From contig CAIKVZ010000293.1 of NCBI GenBank assembly GCA_903830985.1, forward strand, positions 3,785 through 67,784: a DNA stretch of 64,000 bases. The letters run 5' to 3'. Each line of letters begins with the position of its first letter. The first letter of the stretch is position 1. The notes below the pieces were generated by a model that was not told the DNA's origin, did not search any database, and was given only the letters and a program-made list of their open reading frames with translations. The DNA comes from an uncultured beta proteobacterium. GTDB lineage: Bacteria > Pseudomonadota > Gammaproteobacteria > Burkholderiales > Burkholderiaceae_C. A program made the position numbers and the translations under genes. Of this stretch, positions 37,416 to 46,421 are shown piece by piece.

Positions 37416-38735
37416 ATGCGTATTTCCCGACTTCTCCCCCTGAGCCTGGCCTTGGTTGGCGTGTTCGCCGGCGCCGCCCAGGCCCAAAGCCTGAGCGAAC
37501 TGTATACAGCAGCACGCGGCTACGACGCGGCCTACCAGTCGGCGCGCGCCCAGTACGACGCCAATCTGGCCAAGGCGGATCAGGCCAAGGCGCTGATCCT
37601 GCCGTCGGTGGGTTTGTCGGCCGGCGCCTCGCATTCCGAGTTCGAAAATTCCTCTCCCTCCTACAGCCGCGGCTACGGCACGCAAAGCGCGACCCTGAGC
37701 GCCTCCCAGCCCCTGTACCGCCCGGTGAACAAAGCAAGCTACGCGCAGGGACTGAAGCAACTCGACTTGGCTCAGGCCCAACTGATAGCCGCTGAACAGG
37801 ACCTGATCGTGCGCGTCAGCCAGGCCTATTTCGACGCCCTGGGCGCCAAGGACAGCCTGACCTTTGTGGTGGCGCAAAAGGCCGCCGTGGCTGAACAACT
37901 GGCTGCGGCCAAACGCAACTTTGAAGTCGGCACCTCGACCATCACCGACCAGAGGGAAGCGCAGTCGCGCTACGACCTGGTGGTGGCACAGGAAATCGCC
38001 GCCACCAACGATTTGCGCGTGAAACTCATCGCGCTCGACATCCTGGTGGGCAAGGACTCGACGACGCCAAAACGCCTGTCGTTGCCGGTGGCACTGCCGA
38101 TGTTGAACCCGGACCAGGTGAACACCTGGGTCGAGCAGGCCGAAGACGCACACCCAGGTCTGAAGCAGGCTGTCGTCGCGCTGGACGTGGCGAAACTGGA
38201 AACCGAAAAGGCCCAGGCCGGCCACAAGCCCACGGTGGATCTGGTGGCCAGCTACAACGTCACCAACAACACCGCCTCGCCCACCGTGGGTGGGGCTTAC
38301 CGCAGCAACGTGGGCACCCTGGGCGTGCAATTCAATCTGCCGCTGTTCGCCGGTTATTCGATCCAGAACCGTGTGCGTGAAACCGTGGCGTTGGAGGAAA
38401 AGGCGCGCAACGATGTGGACGGGACGCGCCGCGCCGTGGCCCAGGCCACGCGCACTGCCTACTTCGGTGTGGTCTCGGGTCTGAGCCAGGTCACGGCCTA
38501 TGAAGCCGCCGAGGCCTCCAGCCAGAGCGCCCTGGACGCGAACAAGCTGGGCTACCAGGTGGGCGTGCGCATCAACATCGACGTGCTGAACTCGCAAAGC
38601 CAGTTGTTCCAGACGAAACGCGATCTGGCCAAGGCGCGCTACGACGTGCTGGTGGGTGGACTGAGGTTGCGCCAGGCCAACGGCACGCTCAAGGCTGAAG
38701 ACCTGAACGCCATCAACGCGCTGCTGGCGCCCTGA
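37416..38735 (+). CDS. tolC: TolC-family outer-membrane channel
   Basis: In-frame part of track ORF 37296..38735. The ATG at 37416 gives MRISRLLPLSLALVGVFAGAAQA-QSLSELY. The helical/beta organisation is internally duplicated. Confidence 0.9.
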   Translation: MRISRLLPLSLALVGVFAGAAQAQSLSELYTAARGYDAAYQSARAQYDANLAKADQAKALILPSVGLSAGASHSEFENSSPSYSRGYGTQSATLSASQPLYRPVNKASYAQGLKQLDLAQAQLIAAEQDLIVRVSQAYFDALGAKDSLTFVVAQKAAVAEQLAAAKRNFEVGTSTITDQREAQSRYDLVVAQEIAATNDLRVKLIALDILVGKDSTTPKRLSLPVALPMLNPDQVNTWVEQAEDAHPGLKQAVVALDVAKLETEKAQAGHKPTVDLVASYNVTNNTASPTVGGAYRSNVGTLGVQFNLPLFAGYSIQNRVRETVALEEKARNDVDGTRRAVAQATRTAYFGVVSGLSQVTAYEAAEASSQSALDANKLGYQVGVRINIDVLNSQSQLFQTKRDLAKARYDVLVGGLRLRQANGTLKAEDLNAINALLAP

Positions 38736-39978
38736 GCAGTTCCACAATCGCTTGCACGGTTTTTTCTGTGGCACCCCGATGCGCCACAGAAAACCGAACG
38801 CCGGCTGCGCGGGTCGCATCCAGTCGAACCGGAACCAGCAGCAGTGTCTGCGCCAGCGACAGCGCCTGCGCCAGATCGGTGACGACAAAGGCCGCGCCAG
38901 CATCAATCGCCAGACTGGCCGCTTCCGAAAAATTGAAGGTGTGCGGACCCATCAGCACCGGGCAGCCGCAAGCCAAAGCTTCGATGAGATTTTGCCCACC
39001 CAGGGGCGCAAAGCTGCCGCCCAGCAAGGACAGGTCGCTCAGGCCGTAGTACAGCGCCATCTCCCCCAGCGAGTCGCCCAGCCAGACCTGTGCGTCTTCG
39101 GGCGCCAGACCCCAGCTGCTGCGCCTCGACACCGTGAAACCGTTTTGCTCGATCAGGCTGGCCACCGCGTCAAAGCGCTGCGGATGGCGCGGCACGATCA
39201 GCCACTGCCAGGCTTTGGCCAGCGGGTTACTGGCCAGCGCCTGGAGCAGCGCCAGTTCTTCGCCCTCGCGCGAGCTGGCAAACATCAGCACCGGCCGGTT
39301 CTGGCGCCGCCGCCAACCCTGGCCCAGCGCCAGTTGCGCAGCGTCGGGCGAGGCGTCGAACTTCAGATTGCCCAGCACGGCGCGCACCGGCGCACCCAGG
39401 CTGAGCAGCGCCTGCGCGTCGGCCAAGGTCTGGGCCCAGACGGCGGCGAGCGCAGCGTAAGCGGGGCGTGCCAGCCAGGCCAAGCGGCGCGCGTTTTGCG
39501 CTGAAGCCGTGCTCATGCGGGCATTCACCAGCACCAGAGGAACGCCGGCGCTGACGCAGCCGGCCACCATATTCGGCCAGATTTCGGTCTCGACCAGAAT
39601 GCCTAGCCGCGGGCGGAAATGGGTCAGGAAGCGGCGCACGGCCGCTGGTGTGTCCCAGGGCTGCCAGACCTGGACGTCACCATGGCGCAGCAGGGCCGCG
39701 CCCTCCTCGCGACCCGTGGCCGTGCCATGCGTGAGCAGCAGGCGCATGCCGGGAAGTTGCTGACGCAACTCGCCCAGCAACAGCACGGCGGCGCGCGTTT
39801 CGCCCAGCGATACGGCGTGCACCCAGACAAAACCCTCGCCAGCGGGCACGCTGTAGTGGCCGAAGCGCTCGTCCACAGCGTGCGCGTAACCCGGCTCGGC
39901 GACAGCGCGGCGCGCCAGCTTGCGTTTGAGCAGCGGCTGCGCCAGCCACATGAACAGGGAATAGAAGCGGCGTATCAC
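38713..39978 (-). CDS. waaA: 3-deoxy-D-manno-octulosonic acid (Kdo) transferase
   Basis: 421-aa ORF with block VWVHAVSLGETRAA and a GT-B C-terminal half. Its 3' end overlaps the tolC 3' end by 23 nt (convergent). Confidence 0.9.
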   Translation of the reverse strand: MIRRFYSLFMWLAQPLLKRKLARRAVAEPGYAHAVDERFGHYSVPAGEGFVWVHAVSLGETRAAVLLLGELRQQLPGMRLLLTHGTATGREEGAALLRHGDVQVWQPWDTPAAVRRFLTHFRPRLGILVETEIWPNMVAGCVSAGVPLVLVNARMSTASAQNARRLAWLARPAYAALAAVWAQTLADAQALLSLGAPVRAVLGNLKFDASPDAAQLALGQGWRRRQNRPVLMFASSREGEELALLQALASNPLAKAWQWLIVPRHPQRFDAVASLIEQNGFTVSRRSSWGLAPEDAQVWLGDSLGEMALYYGLSDLSLLGGSFAPLGGQNLIEALACGCPVLMGPHTFNFSEAASLAIDAGAAFVVTDLAQALSLAQTLLLVPVRLDATRAAGVRFSVAHRGATEKTVQAIVELLRAPAAR

Positions 39979-41015
39979 GCAGCGTCAGACGTTGGCTCGC
40001 CGGCAAACTCGCTCACACCGGTGGCGGCGGCCCAGGCGCGCCAAACCGCGTCCACGCTGGGACAGGGTTGGGCGAAGACGCTGATCTGATGCGCCGCGCC
40101 CAGGGGACCGGTGCGCCAGGCAGTGTCGAAGTTGTAGATCTGCACGTGCAGCAGATCCAGCGCCACAGCCAGATGGCTGAGTCCGCTGTCGACACCGATC
40201 ACGCCCACGCAGGTGCCCAGCGCGTCGATCATGGCATCCAGATCCAGTCGCGGCCAGACGATGGCATGCTCCAATTGCGTCGCCAGGGCCTCCGCATCGC
40301 GCTGCTCCGCGTCCGAGCCGTGCGGCAAGGCCACGGTATAGCCCTGAGCGTTCAAACGAGCGCCCAGGGCCAGCCAATGCGTCAGCGGCCATTGCTTGTC
40401 AGCGCGCGAAGTTCCATGCACCAGCGCTACGCAGGGGCGCCGGGTCGGCGGGACAATCGGCAGGCCGCTCTCGAGTTCGGCCTGAAACGGTCCGGGTTGC
40501 CCAGCCAACCCGTAACGCACTTCAGCCAGGGGCGGGTAGCCCAAGGCCCTGGCGCACAGCAAGCGGGAGCGCTCCACGGCGTGGCTGTCCACAGGCACGT
40601 CGACCGCCACGTCCGCCACCCAGCGTGTCGGCGCCTCGTAGCTCGAACCCCGGGTCCGGTTCGCCATGGCGAAGCGTCGCCCACCCGGCGCCAGTTGGGC
40701 CAACCAGGCCACGAGCGCGGACTTGCTCAAGCCCTGCAGGTCCAGCACGACGTCATACGGTTCGCGCCGCAAGTCGGCCTTGAAGGCCTGCCACTGGGCC
40801 CGGGTCTGAGCGGAGAAAGGACGCTTGCGCCACTGCCGCAGATCCGACTCGATGACCCGGTGCACGCCGGCACAACGGCGCACCAAAGGGGCAAAGCCGC
40901 GCTCCACCACCCAGTCGATCTGCGCCTCGGGAAAGGCCGCGCGCAGGTCCTGCACGGCCGGCATGGCGTGGATCACGTCGCCCAGCGAGGAGAGTTTGAC
41001 GATCAGAATTTTCAT
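39975..41015 (-). CDS. waaC: ADP-heptose:LPS heptosyltransferase I
   Basis: Track ORF 39975..41063 with the start moved to MKILIVKLSSLGDVIHAMPAV. C-terminal block GVDSGLSHLA. Confidence 0.85.
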   Translation of the reverse strand: MKILIVKLSSLGDVIHAMPAVQDLRAAFPEAQIDWVVERGFAPLVRRCAGVHRVIESDLRQWRKRPFSAQTRAQWQAFKADLRREPYDVVLDLQGLSKSALVAWLAQLAPGGRRFAMANRTRGSSYEAPTRWVADVAVDVPVDSHAVERSRLLCARALGYPPLAEVRYGLAGQPGPFQAELESGLPIVPPTRRPCVALVHGTSRADKQWPLTHWLALGARLNAQGYTVALPHGSDAEQRDAEALATQLEHAIVWPRLDLDAMIDALGTCVGVIGVDSGLSHLAVALDLLHVQIYNFDTAWRTGPLGAAHQISVFAQPCPSVDAVWRAWAAATGVSEFAGEPTSDAA

Positions 41016-41109
41016 GGGAACAGTGCCCGTTCCATCGGCTTTTCGGCAAGTCGGCAGCCGCAAGGCTTCGCGGTAATCTCTGATCGAACTTGAATTCCCT
41101 CGCGGGAGC

Positions 41110-41395
41110 TTGTATTCCCCCCCCTATCCCCCCCGCCCCTTTCCACCCCCGCCGGGGCGGAAAGGGGAGCCCAATTTGGCCGCGTGCAAAAGTGGCTCAG
41201 TGCCAACGCCACAGCACGCTGCAACGGGGCGGCAACTGGCCGCCTGGCTTCGGGGGGCCAACCCTGCACCAAGGCACAGCGGTCAAACCCTCTCAGCTTG
41301 CACGCACCCCCTTTAAGGACGCGGCCACATGAAGCTCCCCTCTTTCGCCCGGCGGGGCGAGAGAGGGGCGGGGGGGTATGAGTGGGGGAATACAA
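41110..41395. repeat. MITE-like / REP-like non-coding element with about 58-bp imperfect terminal inverted repeats, each arm itself a hairpin
   Basis: The left arm from 41110 is TTGTATTCCCCCCCCTATCCCCCCCGCCCCTTTCCACCCCCGCCGGGGCGGAAAGGGG. The reverse complement of the right arm, ending at 41395, is TTGTATTCCCCCACTCATACCCCCCCGCCCCTCTCTCGCCCCGCCGGGCGAAAGAGGGG. Track ORFs here are Pro/Gly/Arg-rich junk. Confidence 0.6.
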
Positions 41396-41433
41396 AAGCA
41401 AAGACAAAAGGAAACGATAAAGCACTGATCGAT

Positions 41434-42840
41434 TCAGTGCGCCGCCAGTGCAATCTTGGCATCCGGCTTGGCCTGGCGCAGCAAGGCCAGCATCGCCGCC
41501 TCGATGCGCTCCAGGGCTTGCTGCGTTTGCCCTTCGAAACGCAGCACCAGCACCGGTGTGGTGTTGGAGGCGCGGATCAGGCCGAAGCCATCCGGCCAAT
41601 CGACGCGCAGACCATCCATCAGCGACACGCTGGCCGGCGCGGGGAAGGCACCCTGAGTGGCCAAGGCCTGCAACGCGGCGGTGACGCGGGGCGGCTCGCC
41701 CTCGACGCAGGTGACGTTCAACTCGGGCGTGGAAAAGCTCGTCGGCAGCGCGTCAAGCACGGCGTTGGCGTCGGGCGCGCGGCTGACGATCTCCAGCAGG
41801 CGCGCGCCGGCATAAGTGCCGTCGTCAAAGCCGTACCAGCGCTCCTTGAAGAAGATGTGGCCGCTCATTTCGCCGCCCAGCGGGGCTTGGCCGCCGGCGG
41901 CTTCTATTTCGCGCATCTTGGCCTTGATGAGCGAATGGCCGGTCTTGTACATCAGCGGCTTGCCACCAGCCGCAACAATTGCCGGTGCCAGGCGCTGCGT
42001 GCACTTCACGTCAAACAGGATGGTGCCGCCGGGAACGCGCGTCAGCACGTCGCGGGCGAACAGCATCATCTGGCGGTCCGGGAAGATGTTGTTGCCTTCG
42101 CGCGTGACGATGCCCAGGCGGTCGCCGTCGCCGTCAAACGCCAGGCCCAGCTCCGCGCCGCTGGTCTTCAACGCGGCGACCAGGTCACGCAGATTCTCCG
42201 GCTTGCTCGGATCGGGATGGTGGTTCGGGAAGTTGCCGTCGACCTCGCTGAACAGTTCGATCACTTCGCAGCCGAGGGCGCGGAAGATGCCGGGCGCAGA
42301 AGCCCCGGCCACACCGTTGCCCGAATCGACGACGATCTTCATGGGGCGCGACAGCTTGACATCGCCAACGATGCGCGCCACGTAGGCGTCGTGCACGTCC
42401 ACAGAACGCACGGAGCCGCCCGGCTGCAACACCCAGGCGTCGGTCTCCATGACGGTGCGCAGCGCCTGGATCTCGTCGCCAAAAATCGCCCGGCTGGCCA
42501 GCACCATCTTGAAGCCGTTGTAGTCCTTGGGGTTGTGGCTGCCGGTGATCTGTATGCCGGTGCGGCACAGGGTCGTGGCGGCGAAGTACAGCATGGGCGT
42601 TGTCACGACACCCACGTCGATCACTTCCAGGCCGGTGGCGACCAGGCCGCGGATCAGCGCGGCGCTCAGGGACTGCCCGCTCAGACGCCCGTCGCGTCCC
42701 ACGGCCACCGTGCTCTCGCCGGCCTGGCGCGCCGCCGTGCCGAAAGCGCGGCCCAGCCCCTCGGCCATTTCTTCGTTCACCGTTGACGGCACGACGCCGC
42801 GAATGTCATACGCCTTGAAAATGGAAGCAGCAATTTGCAC
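41434..42840 (-). CDS. Phosphomannomutase/phosphoglucomutase
   Basis: 468-aa ORF with IFKAYDIRG, active-site TGSHNPKDYNG, FDGDGDR, GEMSGHIFF. Confidence 0.9.
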   Translation of the reverse strand: MQIAASIFKAYDIRGVVPSTVNEEMAEGLGRAFGTAARQAGESTVAVGRDGRLSGQSLSAALIRGLVATGLEVIDVGVVTTPMLYFAATTLCRTGIQITGSHNPKDYNGFKMVLASRAIFGDEIQALRTVMETDAWVLQPGGSVRSVDVHDAYVARIVGDVKLSRPMKIVVDSGNGVAGASAPGIFRALGCEVIELFSEVDGNFPNHHPDPSKPENLRDLVAALKTSGAELGLAFDGDGDRLGIVTREGNNIFPDRQMMLFARDVLTRVPGGTILFDVKCTQRLAPAIVAAGGKPLMYKTGHSLIKAKMREIEAAGGQAPLGGEMSGHIFFKERWYGFDDGTYAGARLLEIVSRAPDANAVLDALPTSFSTPELNVTCVEGEPPRVTAALQALATQGAFPAPASVSLMDGLRVDWPDGFGLIRASNTTPVLVLRFEGQTQQALERIEAAMLALLRQAKPDAKIALAAH

Positions 42841-42971
42841 GGTCGTCCCTTGGGTTCGTTGGAGGGCAACAGGTACTCTGACCCGTATCCTGCAATTGTA
42901 GGCTCAGGGGTGGCGATTGACAGGTCCGAAAACGGCTGATCCTAGCCCCTTGGCCGCGTATCATCAGACGC

Positions 42972-44528
42972 ATGAAATCCAGCCTGCGCACCCCGCCGAG
43001 CACACTGCAAGACAGTGCCACGGACGATGCCCGCTACCTGGCATTGAAGGCGCAGGACGCCCGCTTTGATGGCTGCTTCTTCACCGGTGTTCTGTCCACC
43101 GGCATCTACTGCCGCCCGGTCTGTCGGGTGAAGACGCCGAAACGCGAGAACTGCCGCTTCTTTGTGCACGCGGCGCAGGCCGAACACGCCGGCTTTCGAC
43201 CCTGTCTGCGTTGTCGCCCGGAACTGGCGCCGCGCCTTGCAGGGGCGGCCCCAGCCCTGCCCGCCTGGTCGGTGCAGGACGCCAGCGCCATTCTGGCGCA
43301 GCAGGCAGCACGGTGGCTGGATGAACCCGATGCCTGGCGCGGCGCCGCGCCGACGGTGGCCGCCCTGGCCCAGCGCTTGGGCGTCAGTGACCGCCATGTG
43401 CGCCGCATTTTCGAGGCGCAATTCGGCGTCTCACCCCTGCAGTACCTGCAAACCCGGCGTCTGCTCACGGCCAAACAGTTGCTCACCGACACCGATCTGG
43501 CCGTGAGCCAGATCGCCCACTGCGCCGGCTTCGCCAGCGTGCGCCGCTTCAACACGGCCTTTCTCGAACAGTACCGGCTCAACCCGACGCAACTGCGCAA
43601 GGTGGGCGCAACACCGGCAGACAAGGGCATGCGCGTGCTGCTCAGCTACCGCCCACCGTACGACGTGGCGGCCATGCTGGCCTTTTTTGAAAAACGTCAG
43701 GTGCCAGGACTCGAACAACTCACCCGCGACGGCGACGGCACCTGTCTGCTGCGCAGCATGCGCGTGACTGTGGCGGGACAGACGCACAGCGGCTGGTTGC
43801 AACTGCGCTTTGACGAAGCGCAGCACCGGGTCGAAATGCGCGTGGGCGACAGCCTGCGTGCAGTCTTGCCACAGGTGATTGGCCGGGTGCGCAGCCTGCT
43901 GGACCTGGACGCAGAGCCGCAGGCCATCAACGCCGTGCTGCACGCCCATTTTCCCGAGGGTGACGGGCTGCGAGTTCCGGGCACGCTGGACGGCTTCGAA
44001 CTGGCGGTGCGCGCCGTACTCGGGCAGCAAGTGACGGTGGCCGCTGCGCGCACCTTCACGCACCGCCTGGTGCAGCGTTTTGGCGAGGCGCTACAAACCC
44101 CCTGGGTGGAATTGAACCGGCTCTTCCCCAGCGCCGCCACGCTGGCCGGGCTGGGCGCCGGCGCAGGCGACGCGCTGGGCTCGCTCGGTATCGTGCAGCA
44201 GCGGCAAAAGGCCATCGTGGCGCTGGCACAGGCCGTACACAGCGGCGAACTGACACTGCATGCCGGCGCCGACCTGAAGACCACGCTGCAAGCGCTCACG
44301 CAACTGCCGGGGATTGGCGACTGGACGGCACAGTACATCGCCATGCGGGCCCTGCGCTGGCCCGACGCTTATCCCGCGGGCGACGTGGCCCTGCAAAAGG
44401 CTCTGGGCGTGCGCGACGAGCGCCATCCGGCACAGGCCGCTGAACTGGCGGGCCAAGGCTTTCGCCCCTGGCGCGCTTATGCCGTGCTGCGCGCCTGGAG
44501 TGCTGCAGCAACCGCAGTCAAGCGCTGA
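42972..44528 (+). CDS. Ada-N (zinc methylphosphotriester acceptor) + AraC HTH + AlkA-type DNA-3-methyladenine glycosylase fusion
   Basis: 518-aa ORF with Cys4 block GIYCRPVCRV...FRPCLRCRPE, AraC HTH ALAQRLGVSDRHVRRIFEAQFG and IAHCAGFASVRRFNTAF, and HhH-GPD region LPGIGDWTAQYIAMRAL. Confidence 0.85.
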   Translation: MKSSLRTPPSTLQDSATDDARYLALKAQDARFDGCFFTGVLSTGIYCRPVCRVKTPKRENCRFFVHAAQAEHAGFRPCLRCRPELAPRLAGAAPALPAWSVQDASAILAQQAARWLDEPDAWRGAAPTVAALAQRLGVSDRHVRRIFEAQFGVSPLQYLQTRRLLTAKQLLTDTDLAVSQIAHCAGFASVRRFNTAFLEQYRLNPTQLRKVGATPADKGMRVLLSYRPPYDVAAMLAFFEKRQVPGLEQLTRDGDGTCLLRSMRVTVAGQTHSGWLQLRFDEAQHRVEMRVGDSLRAVLPQVIGRVRSLLDLDAEPQAINAVLHAHFPEGDGLRVPGTLDGFELAVRAVLGQQVTVAAARTFTHRLVQRFGEALQTPWVELNRLFPSAATLAGLGAGAGDALGSLGIVQQRQKAIVALAQAVHSGELTLHAGADLKTTLQALTQLPGIGDWTAQYIAMRALRWPDAYPAGDVALQKALGVRDERHPAQAAELAGQGFRPWRAYAVLRAWSAAATAVKR

Positions 44529-44555
44529 TTCATTTCCACCTGACGGACCCTTGCC

Positions 44556-45134
44556 ATGAAACTTCCTCCCTCCCTGGTGCACAAGCGCTATGCCAGCCCG
44601 CTGGGTCCCATCGTCCTCGGTGCCAGCGACCTCGGCCTGGCCCTGTGCTGCTTTGATGACCATCGCGCCCTGCCCGACTTCATGCAGCACCAGGATGCCC
44701 ACGCCGCGAGCGAACACCCCGTGCTGCGCCAGGCCAGCCGCCAGCTCAAGGAGTATTTCGAGGGACAGCGCCAGCACTTTGACCTGCCGCTGGACGCGGG
44801 CAATGGCACAGCCTTCCAGCAATCGGTGTGGCAGGCCCTGCTGAAGATCGGCTACGGCCATACCTGCTGCTACGCCGACGTGGCCACAGCCATAGGCAAA
44901 CCGAGCGCCGTGCGCGCCGTTGGCGCGGCCGTGGGCGCGAATCCGCTGAGCATCCTGGTCCCCTGCCACCGCGTCATCGGTTCCGACGGCTCGCTCACCG
45001 GCTATGCCGGCGGACTCGAACGCAAGACCTTTCTGCTGCAGTTGGAAAGCGGCCATTCAGTTGGGGGCAGAGCTGGCTCGCTTTGCGTAGCTGCGGTCTT
45101 TCCCGCAATTTCTCAGCAGGGCACCTTGCTGTGA
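44556..45134 (+). CDS. ogt: Methylated-DNA--protein-cysteine methyltransferase
   Basis: 192-aa ORF with active site LVPCHRVIGSDGSLTGYAGG and upstream block TAFQQSVWQALLKIGYGHT. Confidence 0.85.
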   Translation: MKLPPSLVHKRYASPLGPIVLGASDLGLALCCFDDHRALPDFMQHQDAHAASEHPVLRQASRQLKEYFEGQRQHFDLPLDAGNGTAFQQSVWQALLKIGYGHTCCYADVATAIGKPSAVRAVGAAVGANPLSILVPCHRVIGSDGSLTGYAGGLERKTFLLQLESGHSVGGRAGSLCVAAVFPAISQQGTLL

Positions 45135-46027
45135 CGCTCGCGCAGGGCGGACGCGCCTGGTTGACCGAATTCATCGCGCTGGCCGCCATCTGGGGTTCAT
45201 CGTTCCTGTTCATGCGGCTGGCGGTGCTGGACTTCGGCGCCATCGCCACCGCCGGCGTGCGCGTGGGCGTGGCCGCGCTGGTGCTGCTGCCGCTGCTGCT
45301 GCGCCAGGGGCTGGGCCAGCAGTTGCTGCGCCACTGGCGGCAGTTGCTGGTGGTGGGACTGCTGAACTCGGCCATCCCCTTTGTCTGCTTCGCCTATGCA
45401 CTGCAATCCATCAGCACCGGTCTGTCGTCCATCCTCAACGCCACGGTGCCGCTGTTCGGCGCCGTCGTGGCCTGGGTCTGGCTCAAAGACCGGCCCGGCG
45501 CCTCGCGTGCTCTGGGGCTGGCAGTGGGCTTTGTCGGCGTGGCGATGCTGGCCTGGGACAAGGCCAGCTTCAAACCCGACGCCTCCGGGCAGGCCAGCGG
45601 CTGGGCCGTGCTGGCCTGCTTGCTGGCCACGCTGTGCTATGGCCTGGCGGCCAGCTACACCAAACGCCATCTGACGGGACTGCCGTCGATGATCACCGCC
45701 ACCGGCAGCCAATTGGGCGCAGCGCTGGCGCTGGTCCTGCCCACGATCTGGTTCTGGCCGCCCAAGCTACCCGGGGCAACGGCCTGGCTGGCGGTGCTGA
45801 CTGTGGGCGTACTGTGCACCGGCGTGGCCTATGTGCTGTACTTTCGCCTGATCGCAACCGTCGGTCCGGCGCGCGCCCTGGCCGTGACCTTTGTCATCCC
45901 CGTGTTCGCCGTGCTGTATGGCGTGCTGCTGTTGGGTGAACACGTGACCGGCTGGATGCTGCTGTGCGGCGCCGTCATCGTCTGCGGCACGGCCTTGTCA
46001 GCCGGTCTGTTGAAGATACGGCTGTAA
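45131..46027 (+). CDS. EamA/DMT-family transporter
   Basis: In-frame part of track ORF 44828..46027. The proposed GTG start at 45131 overlaps the ogt stop; the first in-frame ATG (MRLAVLDF) is about 25 codons further downstream. Ten hydrophobic segments, with EFIALAAIWGSSFLFMR near the N-terminus. Confidence 0.7.
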   Translation: MTLAQGGRAWLTEFIALAAIWGSSFLFMRLAVLDFGAIATAGVRVGVAALVLLPLLLRQGLGQQLLRHWRQLLVVGLLNSAIPFVCFAYALQSISTGLSSILNATVPLFGAVVAWVWLKDRPGASRALGLAVGFVGVAMLAWDKASFKPDASGQASGWAVLACLLATLCYGLAASYTKRHLTGLPSMITATGSQLGAALALVLPTIWFWPPKLPGATAWLAVLTVGVLCTGVAYVLYFRLIATVGPARALAVTFVIPVFAVLYGVLLLGEHVTGWMLLCGAVIVCGTALSAGLLKIRL

Positions 46028-46421
46028 ATTTGAATTTTTGGGAAAAAAGCTTTTTGTTACCTGCCGGGTCTCGCCCCGGCGGGCGACGTCCTTTCTTTTG
46101 CTTCGCCAAAAGAAAGGACGCAAAGAAAAGGCGAGCCGGATTCGTCGGAGGTTAGTGGGGTCAGACGCCAATTTCGCTGCGGCGCTTCGCGCCGCAGCCT
46201 GCAGGCGAGCCCAAAGGCTCCGCGAATTTGGACTCTGACCCCAAAAACCCTTGCTCGGCTCAGCCGGGGTCTGGCTAAACTCGCTTCGCTCGGACAACGC
46301 CAGCCCTTATCCGGCTTCACCTGCGCTACTCGTCTCCTCATAACGGCGTTCGATACCGAATACCGGAAACCAAAACCAACATCCTCAGAGCGCAGCCGAA
46401 TGCAGCCCGATCCGCCCTCGC
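46028..46421. repeat. Cluster of palindromic REP-like repeats filling a 394-bp convergent intergenic gap
   Basis: Read directly, coordinates approximate: TCGCCC-cggc-GGGCGA (46071-46086); a perfect hairpin CCTTTCTTTTG-cttcgc-CAAAAGAAAGG (46090-46117); an imperfect inverted repeat GGGGTCAGACGCCAATTTCGC ... GCGAATTTGGACTCTGACCCC (46157-46242) that encloses GCTGCGGCG-cttcg-CGCCGCAGC. Confidence 0.55.

Noticed and set aside
37320-38906. 528-aa minus-strand ORF opposite tolC, and 10768-12072 / 12334-13797 plus-strand ORFs opposite the GGDEF-EAL gene
   Set aside because: They are antisense shadows of genes with strong family motifs.
46028-46421. Possible CRISPR array or small RNA gene in the repeat-rich spacer
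   Set aside because: The repeats are palindromes of different sequences, with no regular repeat-spacer periodicity and no cas genes. I recognised no tRNA cloverleaf or known ncRNA signature.
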